This document shows positions 12,921 through 25,900 of a stretch of 64,000 bases of DNA, one piece after another (the stretch's first letter is position 1; every line of letters starts with the position of its first letter). Below the pieces are notes generated by a model. It was not told where the DNA came from and made no database searches. It was given only the letters and a program-made list of their open reading frames with translations. Made by a program: the position numbers and the translations under genes. The stretch covers positions 66,410 through 130,409 of the forward strand of contig NMRA01000376.1 in the NCBI GenBank assembly GCA_002633005.1, written 5' to 3'. The DNA comes from Phoronis australis (taxonomy: Eukaryota > Animalia > Phoronida).

Positions 12921-13760
12921 TTAGAATTTCTCATTGGCCATCATTGGTTTAATGAGACACCTTGGCGGTCGTTTTGTCCGATAATTGTCATCAGTACAAC
13001 TTATTAACCGCGGGTCGTCAACGACAGCCAAGGCTGATTTGACCTTTTTCGATCGAAAAGACCTCAACTGAGAAGCTAATCTATTTTTATATTCGCTTAG
13101 TAGCACAAACAACGCATGCTGTTGACGATATGCGTCCAAAGTGTGCACAGATACAGGAGGGTCATCATTTTAATCTTTCCGATTCACTAAAGGGGGGAAA
13201 TGCCGGTAAACCAAAAAAAGCCTTTGGGAATGAAATGCACAATAAGTCATCACGATTTTGCAAGTAGTTTGGAGGATAGGGAGATCGAAAATGAACAGAT
13301 AAAAACAATAAAAATTAAGACCACGAGGGGGCACAACGTACGCCAAATCCGTCTCAAAAAGGGCACGTGCTGTCGTCTACTGTAAGCATCCATGAGGAAC
13401 TTGGTAGATACCAAGACAAACGCAAAGAAAAACAACATTGCCACTAAAATGCCGTACTGTGTAACAAACGGATTTGCCCCAAAATCCACTTCAGATGAAC
13501 TATCCAGAAAAGACAATCCAAATTTCATGAAGTTTCATTAAGGAACTAGGTAGTTATAGAGTCACAGGTAAAAGGCACTACTGGTAGATGGCACCACAAC
13601 AATCAGACGTGTCCGAAAATCATAATCAGTCAAGTATTTCTTAGAAAAAGCGCCCATTTTCATAATGACAGAGTGGTTTGGCCGATAGAGGCGCATGCCA
13701 AAAACCAGATTATACATTCGTTGACAGATCGTGTCGAATCTACTGTACTTCTTGAGGATG
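12921..13760 (-). pseudogene. Degraded multi-pass membrane protein, possibly a rhodopsin-like GPCR remnant; includes the 92-aa two-TM ORF 13250-13528
   Basis: ORF has two hydrophobic helices separated by a basic loop (..SRRQHVPFLRRIWRTLCPLVVLIFIVFICSFS), like TM5-ICL3-TM6. Broken flanking frames read IMIFGHV*LLWCHLPVVP (TM4-like) and HIVNS..CY*/SEYKNRL (TM7/helix 8-like). Confidence 0.3.
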
Positions 13761-14096
13761 CTGTGTTATTTATTTTGAATATTGTAAGCATTTATAGAAA
13801 AAATTCGCCAGATTCACTATTTTTGAAAACCAAGCAAAATGAAAACTTTCATACCATTAATTTTTGAAATTCTCCGTCCCTAATAATAAATATGCACGTA
13901 TATGCCGTAAGTCGTACTGATAGGTTTACTTGAAATCGCCATTGAGGAATAACTTGACTTCCGTTTCAGTGGCAGAGAACCATTTTGAATAATGCACGTT
14001 CTATGCCACTTTAACAACGATCATGTACAGGGTTTAAGAGATAACACTGCCGCGGGATGGAAACAACAAAACTGCCACTGGAGCGTCACACTACTG

Positions 14097-14252
14097 CAGT
14101 GCTGTAGTGGGGCGTAGACGCACGTAGCCGCAGCCAACCAACTTTTGGCATTTGAACGTAGCGCCTACTTACCGTAAGTTACGTTCAGTGCTCAAGGTGA
14201 TACGGTGGGCTTTGGGCGCCTATTTACCTCTAATTCTACCACTACAGCACTG
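14097..14252. mobile_element. Short hairpin MITE with 14-bp perfect TIR
   Basis: CAGTGCTGTAGTGG ... CCACTACAGCACTG with an inner TGAACGTA/TACGTTCA inverted repeat. Confidence 0.6.
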
Positions 14253-16720
14253 CACACTAGTCGGAACTCCAATGGCGCGAAATACACGAGTGCTTGACGG
14301 CTATTGCAGCATTGCTGGTAATACAGCGAGAATCGAGTGTCACTATTGTCATAAAATTGGTCTCATAACATTCCTTCCCGTGACGAGGCTGCATTTCCGT
14401 TACGAACTCAATTTAAGGTACCGCGTACATTTTAGGGTGGGCAAACCCCAATAAACTCTGACGCGTTTTTTGAGTCGCTGATGATTTCAAAGTTCTTGTT
14501 GGAAAGGTAAACAAAATATTAGAAGATCGATTTTTATGAGAGTAAAACGCCCAGTTGAATTTTTGTTTTTGGCCAGACAAACAGGACGACATGCAGCTTT
14601 AAATTTCACCCACGAAATGATGGGCCTTCCGAAAAAGACCACATCACAAATTTCAAGTTTCATGCCACCGGGTCCTGCACTTCTGACCATATTTCACGTA
14701 TTAGCTAGGAACAAATGACGTTTTAAAAAGTTCAGGAGTATACTTTTACCAGTTTTGTGAAAGACAAAATGTCCCAAAACGTTTATATTAACATTTATTA
14801 TCAACAGCATAACAATATCACAGATAATTTGATCATTACATTCTGCAATACAACAAACGAACCGCCGCTGCACCTCGATCTCCACCCCCTAACTGTTCAG
14901 CTGACCTCGTACAACACCAGATCTACAGCAAATACTGACAAAGTTTTGCATACAGTTAAAGCATGATGTATTACATTAGGAAAGGCTTCTTTAAAGGACC
15001 CATGCACTGCTAATTAGGTCAAGCCAAAGTCTAATACTTCAAAGTGGAACTGAGGAGGTACTACATATTTGTTAAAACTTGTCAGCCAGTTTCCAAACTG
15101 TCGTTGGGGAGAGCATAAGGTGAAAGATTCTTGCCTCTATACTTAGCTATGTGACTGTATAAACCCTAATTCAGACATTTTAAGAGCACTTAGTGAATAA
15201 AATGATAAGAAACATGAAAATGTTTTGTTGATGCTGTTTTACATCTCCATAGAAACTCCCATTTTAGTTTCAAGATTAATTCCGTTTCCGATCAGCTCTA
15301 CCAATAATTGTAAACATTCTTGTTCCTAAGCCAATGAACAACACAATTCTTGCAGACTGAGCATATGTAGGGACATCCTGTCGGGTGTAATTAAAGTAAC
15401 TTCGTCAAAGCTGAAAATAGCCAATAAGATGTGCAACTGGTCAATAAGATGTGCAACGGTCCAATTATTAACCGGTAGTCTAGTCAGTCCAATTATTAAC
15501 CATGTTGGAATATCTCAAGCGTAAACTCTGGTGTCAAATTTCATCTCAAAGTCTGTCCAGCAGTTTAACAATACCCAACAAACAACCATTATTTTGCCAA
15601 CAACTGAAATAGTCAACAAGGGATGCTTCAGAAGCCAAATCAAGCACACTGTGTATCTCTGAAGCCAGATCAAGCACACTGTATACCTTTATCTTGGAAC
15701 GAATGTCCATAGCCTGCACCATTAGGCTATATCTTTGTGCCATGTTCTATCAAAATCTAGCAAGCAGTTTTGACATTAACTGGTAGACAAGGAAAATTAT
15801 GCTAAAAGTTAAAATGATGGACAGGGGTGCCACTGAAGTCAAATCTGTACAAAAAATCTGATTAAGGCACACCTCTACCATATATCTCTCCGTGTCGAGT
15901 TTCAGTAGCCAAATTTGCCCATCATATAATCTTTGTGTCGTGTTCTGTCAAAATCTGTCAAGATGTCTTGAAAATCTCTGGTAAAACCAATTAGCGGACT
16001 ACTCTCTCTCTGCACGACCAGCTAATAATCAGGTTAGTATTGACGAGCCTTCCTCTTAGAGCAATCAGTGAATCCATTCAGCCCATTATGTCATCAGGTT
16101 AATTAGGAATGACAACTGTCTGAGTTAAAAATACAACGAAAAGTGTTCCAAACCAAAACACGAACCAAACCAATGAAGATAGAGTGTGAGGATTTAAGAT
16201 CAAGTTCACAAATTAAAAGACCAGCTTAAACTGTGATAACATGACTCAGCGTGTTTATTGAATGCAATTCCAGCAACACTCCACAGCAAAAATGTCTTTG
16301 ATCACATTTTTTGTACCTTCCACTTCAAATTTCTCTTGAAAGCATTATCCAGACCCTCACGAGAATGTGCAAGTCTTTAGAGACCTATCCATCTCCAACT
16401 TCAAACAAAGATAAAACTAGCTCGAGACCATTTAACAAGTCAACTATACCATCCAAGAGCTCCACCTTGGACACGGTAGAATCGTGAAAAACGTGAAATA
16501 TTGACTTGACTTATTCCAGAATTTGATGCATTTCTTCAAACGCAAAATCGAAATGCAACAAGACCTGCCTCAGAAATACATGTACATGTGTTGCAATGTA
16601 ATAGAAACATTAATTGTGAGCCTGCCATATGCATGGTGAATCTCACTTTCAATTGACCTTTTTTACTGTTATGGATTTGTGGGATATCTGTCATCTAGGC
16701 AACTTGTCAGCTAGAAAGGC

Positions 16721-16826
16721 TATAGTCAGTTATAGGGGGGTCCAGATTTTGAGAACCAGTTTTCTCCATTGAATCACGGGCATCTAACTGGTTCTTTAGA
16801 TCCGAGACCCCTGTAAGTGACTGTTG
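16721..16826. mobile_element. Palindromic MITE family D (~110 bp)
   Basis: ATAGTCA...GAACCAGTTTT...GTGACTGTT; homologous to 26263-26370. Confidence 0.6.
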
Positions 16827-16987
16827 CTGCTAGAAATGCAGGCAAACGTTCCCCGTTCTGGTTTCATTCTGCTTTGGATGACGGTCATCCCACAATGCAT
16901 TGCAAAGTGATGCATCCGTCTATCTGTACAAAAGTCAACTCTAACACCATTCAATGACCATATTCACCCACTTGCCTGATAACTTCA

Positions 16988-19900
16988 TCACATGTCCAGA
17001 TTGACTGACAAACAGTTCACGCGACACTCACAGCCACAGCCCGTGGGACAAACTGTGTGAGTGCGGAACCATTCTGAGAGATGGGCCCCATGACCACCAT
17101 GGCCGCACGACAGACAGCATGCAGACAAACCTGTAACATCAACTACGTTTTGGAATTTTGCAATGCGAAAAACAACTTGGACCCCATTCATATTGTTTGG
17201 TTTTCCATGAAAGTGCACAACTGAAAACATGAATGAGCGATGTTACTTTAAAAATGACTGAAGGATTTTCATTTAATATCTCATATTTTCTGGGAATTTT
17301 CTCCCTTCTTTTGCATTCCAACAGTCTTCTGTGCCAGGAAATAATTTTTCTTTTTGGGCCTACCTTATCCAAGGTTCCACACTTATGTCAGGTAGCCTTG
17401 CTAGCAATGCGACTGTATTTCAGTGCTGCACTGTCACAGCCAAACACACCACAGCAAATGTTTACTTTGATCACCATTCGGTAAGAAAACGAGTTTTGCT
17501 TGGTGACGGAATTCACTAAAGACACTCAGCTTGAATTATGTAACTGACCAGCAATCAATTTCAAGTTTACATTGCAATGGTTTGCAAGACATAAGGTTTA
17601 GCAGTTTTATTGGTTCAGACACTGATCAAAAGATGGTTTGACCTTTGACCCAGCAAGTATTTTATGTGCGAACAGGACAGCATCAAGCAACAAGTTGGGT
17701 AAGATTTATAACAGTACACGCCCTTAATTTATTTCTCACCCAAGGCCAATATACAGTCATTTTGATATCGGAGTTGGTGTGAAAAATTACCGATAGGCAG
17801 TCCAACTACAGCAAACTCCACAAGCCAGACAACAGCATTGCTAGAACATACCTCTGGCAGCCAGATGACATATTGCACATTGGAAACCCTGCTTCTTGCA
17901 ATGGTCACACTGCGCTCCGTGATAAACACTGCCACAATTGTAGCATACGTTGACAACCTCTACAATTTAGAAATAAGTTTAATTGTAACTCCAATGCCTA
18001 TACTTTTCACATCGTTAGCAATACATGAAATATAAAATACATTTACTGATCATAAGATCAATTCACATTGATCATATGATTTCAAACACAAGTAAAAATG
18101 ACGATCAAACTCTGGCATTCTATCTAATAATCAAAGAAGGTGGTGATTCTCCACTTAGTCGTTTTCAAAATAAACTGGACAAAGTTCCATGAAGTTTCAA
18201 AGCACAAAAATCCCAACGAAATATCCATTTCTTTTAGTGTAGTGTTTTAATTCGGACTAAAGCTCGACATATGTTGCTTCATGCACTTTTTCGAAATCAC
18301 ACCACGTGATCTTGCAAGTCTATTTACAAATAAACACTACACAGCTAGGCACAGCGACATCACATTATATTCTACCTGAAGTACTGCAAAATATTTCACT
18401 GCGACAAAAGTTCAAAGTTTGTCCAAGTTAGACACAGTTTTCTTGAAGTCTTGCCAGTTTATTTTGAAAACTGCATCAAGCATATACTAGTTTGGAACAG
18501 TGTTTGTGAAATGACTTAAATTCCACATCCAACCTATACATAACGCATGGTGCTCAAGTCAGTATACTGTCACACTGAAATCCTCAAAACTCGATTTACT
18601 TCCTTTGTTTGCTTTTAAAGATGCATTACAACACACAAGGAATGCACCATTATACTAAAACATTCAATTATTATATCTTAGGTCAAGGTGAATGAGATAT
18701 TCAAGTTTTTATTAGTGATTACATTCTAGTTACTTACCCAGTCCCACGTGCTTATCAGGGATCACAGAATGATACTTAAGCACCTCGGCTCGTTTAGTTA
18801 CAAGACCCCATTTGTAAAGGATGTCAGCATAGGCGAGCTTGAAATGGTCGTACTGCGCAAGGTGTTGAGGATCCAACAACCTGTCGGGTAACCATGGAGA
18901 CAACATCAACTTTTTTAAAAAACTTTGTACAATAATTAACTGTTTATCTGAAATCTTGCTGCAAAATCAAAACCTTTTTTTAAAGTGTGCTACATGAAGA
19001 TTTGTCTGCAGAGAAGTCTTAATCCAAACAAATCTGACACAACCACAACATAGCTCATTATTTCAAATGACTTATTTTTAAGTTATTAAAATGACATAAG
19101 CAAAAATTTATTTTCGAGCCTCAAAGTGGGAATACCTAAAATAACAAAGAAGTCCCACACAAACATCACCAACAGCGGGACAACCTATATTAATATAAAA
19201 GGCCCCACTTTTAGCCACCTTCAGAGGAGGCTCCCTACATTAATATAAGGGCCCCGCAGCCTTCAGTCAGGCGAGCCCTCTATGTCAATATAGGGAGCCC
19301 CACTTTTAGGCCGCCTTCGGGTGGAGCACCACTTTTGAAGCTCGAAAATGGATTTCTTGCCTACATCATTTTAATAACAATAAATTATTTAAAATAATAT
19401 AAGCCGTTATACATTGAATATTAAATTGCGTATGTCACCAGACAGAACTTACAACATATTTTCTTCATGTTTCTCAAGTTCAGCTTCTTCTGGCGACTTT
19501 TTCTCTTCAAACCTGACCTCATCAAACAAATCGGATGAGCTGTTAGATCGTCTAATCTTCATGGCCGCTACAAGAACATAATAAGGTTAGAAAACAGGCT
19601 GGCATCAATGGTCAGCAATGAAGGTTTAAAGATGGGGAATAAAGAGGGGAGACAAGAACAAAAACTACATTCTCGTAACAAAAGGTACATTTCACCCTGT
19701 TAAGCTGCCTAAAACCTGAAAATAGAGTTAGAACTCTTGTTCTCATAAAATCGTTATTGACAAATAAGTTTTAGAAGCCCTTTTGTCTTGTCACAGCAGA
19801 TATTAAATTGTTACACTAGGTGTGGCTTAACACACCATCTCTGCCCTTACTGGAAAATACGTCAACTGCCTGCATACATAACTTATACAAAGCACCTTGC

Positions 19901-22900
19901 AATGCTACTTTTGAAAACCGATATTTAGCTTCATTTTGGCAATTGAACATTTCTTTTCATTCTTTAACACAGTGATTTAGCGTTCCAAATCATATATGAT
20001 ATAAAACTATGGGCCAAACATGGATTACTAAAACTAGATGATTTATTGCAGTTTAAACTTTTAAAATTTGGCTTGATCTAATTACCAAACGACAAGTGGC
20101 TACAAAATGACAGAAGGCACTGGGAAGGTATGTCTTTGGTCAAATACTTTTTGATCTAAATACAAGCACTTAATCAATCTCGTGGACACAGTAACAAACA
20201 AAACAGATTAATTCCAAGTTAGCTCACAGCACATGTTTCTGAATAATGTTCACAGAACTTTCACATATGCATGAATACATTACTAAAGACATTTTTAGTT
20301 TACGCACACATGCGCACACACTGTACATCATTCTCACACACACACACTCAATCTGTTTTGTCTAAAGCTATATTGAGCACTGGCAAACTTTAAAGTAAGA
20401 TAAATAATGGTTTTAAGCCAAAAATAACACCTATGACCTCCATTTTGACCACAGTGTGGCAGATTGTAGTAACTTGGACGATTTCAATACTCAATATTTT
20501 TGGAACTTTTACAACACCTCGTGAAATTCAAGTCAAACCAATAAACCACACCCTGTTTCAAATGCAGAAAATTTACACAGAAGCCAAGCTGGCTGTTCAA
20601 AAAAAGGTCAACAGGATGATTTATGTGTTTATGAATACAAGTACAAACACACCACAGACAACACAAGTGGTGAAATCCCACCTAACCTGAAAATGTGTCT
20701 TCCAAGCTCAATATAACTTTAAACACCTTAGTAAAGTGATTGAAAGGTTCTAGTTTGATGATGTCACTCTACTGGTTATGTCACTAGTATTTGCACACAG
20801 GTGATAAAAATCCAAAGCATACTGTCACAGATCAATGCCTACAGCAGCCGTATCTACAGACTACCAAACTTTTAGAAACTCAACTACAAACTGGACCAAC
20901 CACATCCTGTGATATGTGTAAGTTTACTCAAAGGGTGCCACCCAATTTGTCAATTTTCCAGTCAAGAGTCTCAAGTAAACTTTGGCAACACAAGCTCAAA
21001 TACTTACATAAATGGTAAAACACATGTTTGTTTTGTTATGTCAATTAGCATCTACGAGCTAATTTATACCTAGTTCCTGCTATCATTGGACTACCTCATC
21101 TCTGGAAGTCTACTAATAAACCTGTATGAAGTTTTAACTCTGTACCAGGGTGATCTCAGTAACTGAGTTGAAAGTCTCCACCTTGTAAACTAGCATGCAT
21201 AAGATCAATTCAGAGAAAAAAATCAACTCTTGCTTGACCACCTCAATTTTTATCCACCATTTCGCATTTATTACGAACTACACTTACTAGTAAATACGAA
21301 CAACAGGCCACAATATGACTGGCAATCTACAATCTATTCCAAATCCCAGCCCACATAATAAAGGAACTGTAGGAATAAGAAATTGTATCAAAAGACTTTT
21401 CATAAATGCTTTACTAAACAAAAAATGCATCATAGACATAACAAAATGTCTCTCAAATTTGAGCTAAGAAAATCAACAAAGATCTATATTTTGGGTCTAT
21501 GCAAGAAAAACTTCTGTCACAATTCATCAGTAACATCAACGTACCATCATACAGATCTTATTAGAAATAAATGGCTATTATTTTTTCCATACATTTATTC
21601 ATCCATCAGTAACATTTACAAGTACTTGTAATGAGATAATTCTAAACTGCCACTCCCTCNCACTCATCCAGTGAACCTAAATCTTAAGTTTTAACTTCAT
21701 TAGGTCAATCACAGAACCACTGTGGACCATCTAGTATTGAATTCTGCGAGGTCACAATTATTGGTAAAATTTTAAATGTATTTTTCAGTTTTGAACTATT
21801 CTGAAATCTCTGTCTTGAGATGTTCAAAACATGGCAAACGCTTCTCCAACCTCATATGTGTGAAATTTACTCAATGCCAGTACTAGATTTATTACTTTTG
21901 GTCCTGAATGTATACTAAAAAGGACATCAACGCAGGTTGTATTATTGAGGGGTTCAAACAATCAGTGATGCCTTAGTTACAGCAATTATTCACAGTTCAA
22001 TAAACATACAGCCCATAAATGCTGTTATAAGTGACTGGCAACATCTGCTAATTCAAAGCATGCACTCAGTCATTACCCGGAAACCAAGTGATTTGTAAAC
22101 TCAACATAATCTTGCAAAGATCTCCAAGTGCACAAACACATCTACAGGACTTTTATGCAAAGCACAAATTAAAGCCATTGCATTGGTAGTATGTGTAATC
22201 TACTAGTAAGTATGCAGGAATATTTTTGAAAACCACAGTTTCGGTCCATGTTTGGGAGTGGAGCCCTTTGTTATTTTTCAACAGGTGAGTTAGGCACCAT
22301 TAAAATTACAATAAAACTGCAGACCAAATGGAGTTCACTGATTAACACAACAAGAAGACTGCCGGTCGCTAAGTTCATTTATTCCAGTTTGAAGTTTGCA
22401 ATTTCGGCTTAACCTAGCTGATGCTGTAAGGAACTTAAGAGCAACACAAAAAGCAACGCCAGATAATGTAACTTCTTGGATTTACTTTTCAAAATTTTCA
22501 CACATTGTACCAAGTTTGCAAACAAAGTCTTCAACAATGGCAGATCTACAATAACATAAGGGGGGACAGCCAAAATTTTTTAAGGAAAAACATTTTGCAC
22601 AATTCTTAAAAACAACATACTGTCAGCTTTACCGTGTGCCCAGGGACCCCCCTTAATTAAGTGCAAAGCCACTAAATGTTAAAATACTACAAATAAGTTG
22701 ATTATAATTAAAAGTCACAACAGAGATAGGAATAAGTGGCTCGTTTACTATGTAGTGAGTCCTGCATGGAATGAAAGTTAAGATGAGATCTTTTCCCATG
22801 CTGGAAGAGCACTGGTCTTCCAGCATTTATCAAAATTAAATTGAAGCAAACTGAAGGGGGTTATACAAAGCAGTTTATAAATTAAGGCACTGGTGTTGAC

Positions 22901-25900
22901 ATAGTGAACTTTGAGAGTTGTGCTAAAACTATGAGCCACAGATCATTTTCAACAAAACAGCAGACACTAATTAGTGTGCTATCACTACATCATGGAGCAC
23001 CAACAGCAGTTTGGGTAATGACATAACATAACCTCCTACATGACAATTATGCATAGTTGCGTAATTTACAGACAGTAATACCAGATAACCTCTGACGTCA
23101 CATGAGCAGAGTGGCTGAATGTAAGAATCTACTGCTAAATGCTAGTATAGTCTTTTTAAATCCAAAACATAAAAGTAGCTAACTGTACTCTCTCTGGTTT
23201 GTTAATATATTTATCTAATGTTCTATTAACGCCACAAGTAGGAAGGCTGTCCCTTTCCACACTTCTGTAAAGATAGTAGACTAGTTGCCTTACAAAGAGT
23301 CTGCGGTTTCACTTTTATTATGGCATGTCAGTGAAGCATTACTGACTGCACCGTGAAAAACTTGGAAGCGTTGAAACGTGGTTTTAATATCCCAGCATCC
23401 ATACGATGAATTCACGCTGTCGATTTCTCAACCAGCTACATCAACAAGAGTTTTTAAAATAATTTTAAATCAACAATTTAAATAAGCTGCAAAATATCTT
23501 AACATTCCTTGTACATTTTCCAAAATTTATAAACAATACAAAATTGATGACAACTATGAAAATAACCAACATTTAGTTCAATACTGGGTTGAAAAACTAA
23601 CCAGAATGAAATATGCGGACTATCCGAATTTCAAAACTTAGAAGTTTCCTTTATGTCTTTTTCATCGTTAGATGATCCACAAATAGCACATCAGTAGTTC
23701 TATTTGTCTACTGTGACATTCTCAACTGAGATATACAACAAAATAAATGACTAAACATTTCAATGTCAAGTATCTCAAAACAAATGTGTCCATATTGAAA
23801 CCTGAAACAGTTATAAAAAATACCGAAGTTTCAACTGAATGTATTCTTCTTCATTTTTGTTCATTCATGCTTTGTGTTAATTAAGCAAAGGAGATAACAA
23901 ACCAAGAACAAAATCAAACAAAAACAACAAACAAGAGACAGATGCATAAATCAATGTAAAAAGAAGAGGAAAGCGCTAAGTTCAGATAAAGTCAAGACGT
24001 TGAAATTTGACGTGCACACCTGCCATCATGAGGCACAATTTCTAAAAGCTATGAAGTGTGACAAAAAAGAAGAGAGCACGGCAATACCATTGGATGCACT
24101 TGATAGATTGACCCCAATGATTCAGTCGGGGTTGAGCGACTAAGACATCTGATTGGTTCAGTAGGACGACTTCCAGCTTACAAACCAATCAGATATCTTA
24201 GCCGTTTGGCTAAACCGGCAGAGTCAATCAAGTGCAGCCACTGGCAACACCACTAGTCTAACAGTAGAGCTGGAAATAGTGATATTATGCGTTTTAATTT
24301 ACACTGCAATGCACGTGTATTGCCTCAAATAGTTGACAGAGGAGCTGCCTGACAGGATGTCTGGGTGCACAATAAAATATGGCCAGCTGGCCAGCAAAGT
24401 ACAACGCAAATCCAATGTCCAGGTGTTTGTTTCATTAAAAATGACTTAAGACCGAAATTTGGTCTTACAATCCACACAACTATTCAATCTAAAAAAATAA
24501 TTTAATGCCACTTGAAAAATCTGCAAACTCTAGTCTGAGCTGAAAATAAACACTCAGACAACTGCTAGTTAATGAGAAATAAAATTATTTTTCGACTGTG
24601 ATGCGCTCATAATTACTTGCTACACCAATTTTCAACAGCGGGAGTGTAACACCTAATTTCTGTTTGGAGTCATCAGTCACTGTCATGAACAAGACCCCAG
24701 AGCCGTCCTTTAGACGAGCGAGCATCACCCATTTAAAAAATTAATTCTTCAACTGTAACATATCAACACTACAACTAAAAATAAAATAATAACAATAATA
24801 AAATTTAATTATTTTACTGTGATTGAACGTGGTAGTGACAGCAATGGTGACAATGCATTTTGTCAATTTCGTATCGTATAAATGAAAAGTGTAACGCTTA
24901 GCTGTGAGTGAATAGCCGTGCAACACTTCATCAGTTGAAGAACAAAATGAAAACAACAGAGGAGAGAATTAAAAAACAGTGAATAAATCTGAATAAAATG
25001 ACAGCGATATCATGCCAGATGAAAACACAAGAAGCTAAATCTGTCTTATTTCAGCATGAACAACAAAAAGCTAACTGGATGTTAAAATTCACTCGGCATG
25101 TGCGGTAAAAGCTAGTCACCCATGTCAGTGTAGAGACACCGTTGGTAAGGCCAAGCGAGGTAACTTACAGAGATTCCAAGTTTTCAATGTATCAATGCCA
25201 TGAAAGGTGTGATATGGATTGTACTGGAACGACCAATCAGAAGAGACAATAAAGTGACAGTTACTGGCATGGAGTGAGGAGGGGATAAACTGCAAAGCCA
25301 TGGACAGCTTAGAAGGTTTGGTACAAATAACGGCAAAACATCACCAAATTAGGAAAAAAATTGCCAAGCAAGAGAAAGAAATTTATGTAATTTTTCATAA
25401 TTTTTTATGAACATCAGTATTCCCGTAGCACTACATTCACGCTCTCATATTTTCAAGAGCTGTGCAAGAGCTCACAATATTTTGAAAAACTATCAGTGGG
25501 CATTCAGAATGTTGGAAGCCTAAGAAAATCTAATAAAGACATTTTGGCAATTATTTCCTCTGAAAGTGATGAGATTTTACTGTGAAAGGAACTTTCTGAA
25601 TACATAAAAGACAATCTTCCCATCAGGTGATTCCAATTTCTTTCATGTGCAATTAAAACAACAGCTAAATTTGCCTGACAAAGTCAAAAGCAACTAAGAT
25701 CGAAATGATGCCAAACCCCCTCGTCAATGGCTTGCAGTTTCCCTCTACAATCTTTGTAAACGTGTAACACTTACAGGGCCAGGTTAAATGGCTCGAGTCT
25801 GGCAGATGATAAGTGTAATTAACTTCAAACTAGAAGAGAACGGAAAACATGTCATGCAGTTATGATTTTGAAAATAGTTATTCGGATCTGACCTTTCCAG

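Noticed and set aside
15420-15990. Several short local duplications (20-60 bp) in the presumed WDR59 3' region
   Set aside because: Only two copies each with no shared motif; consistent with replication slippage.
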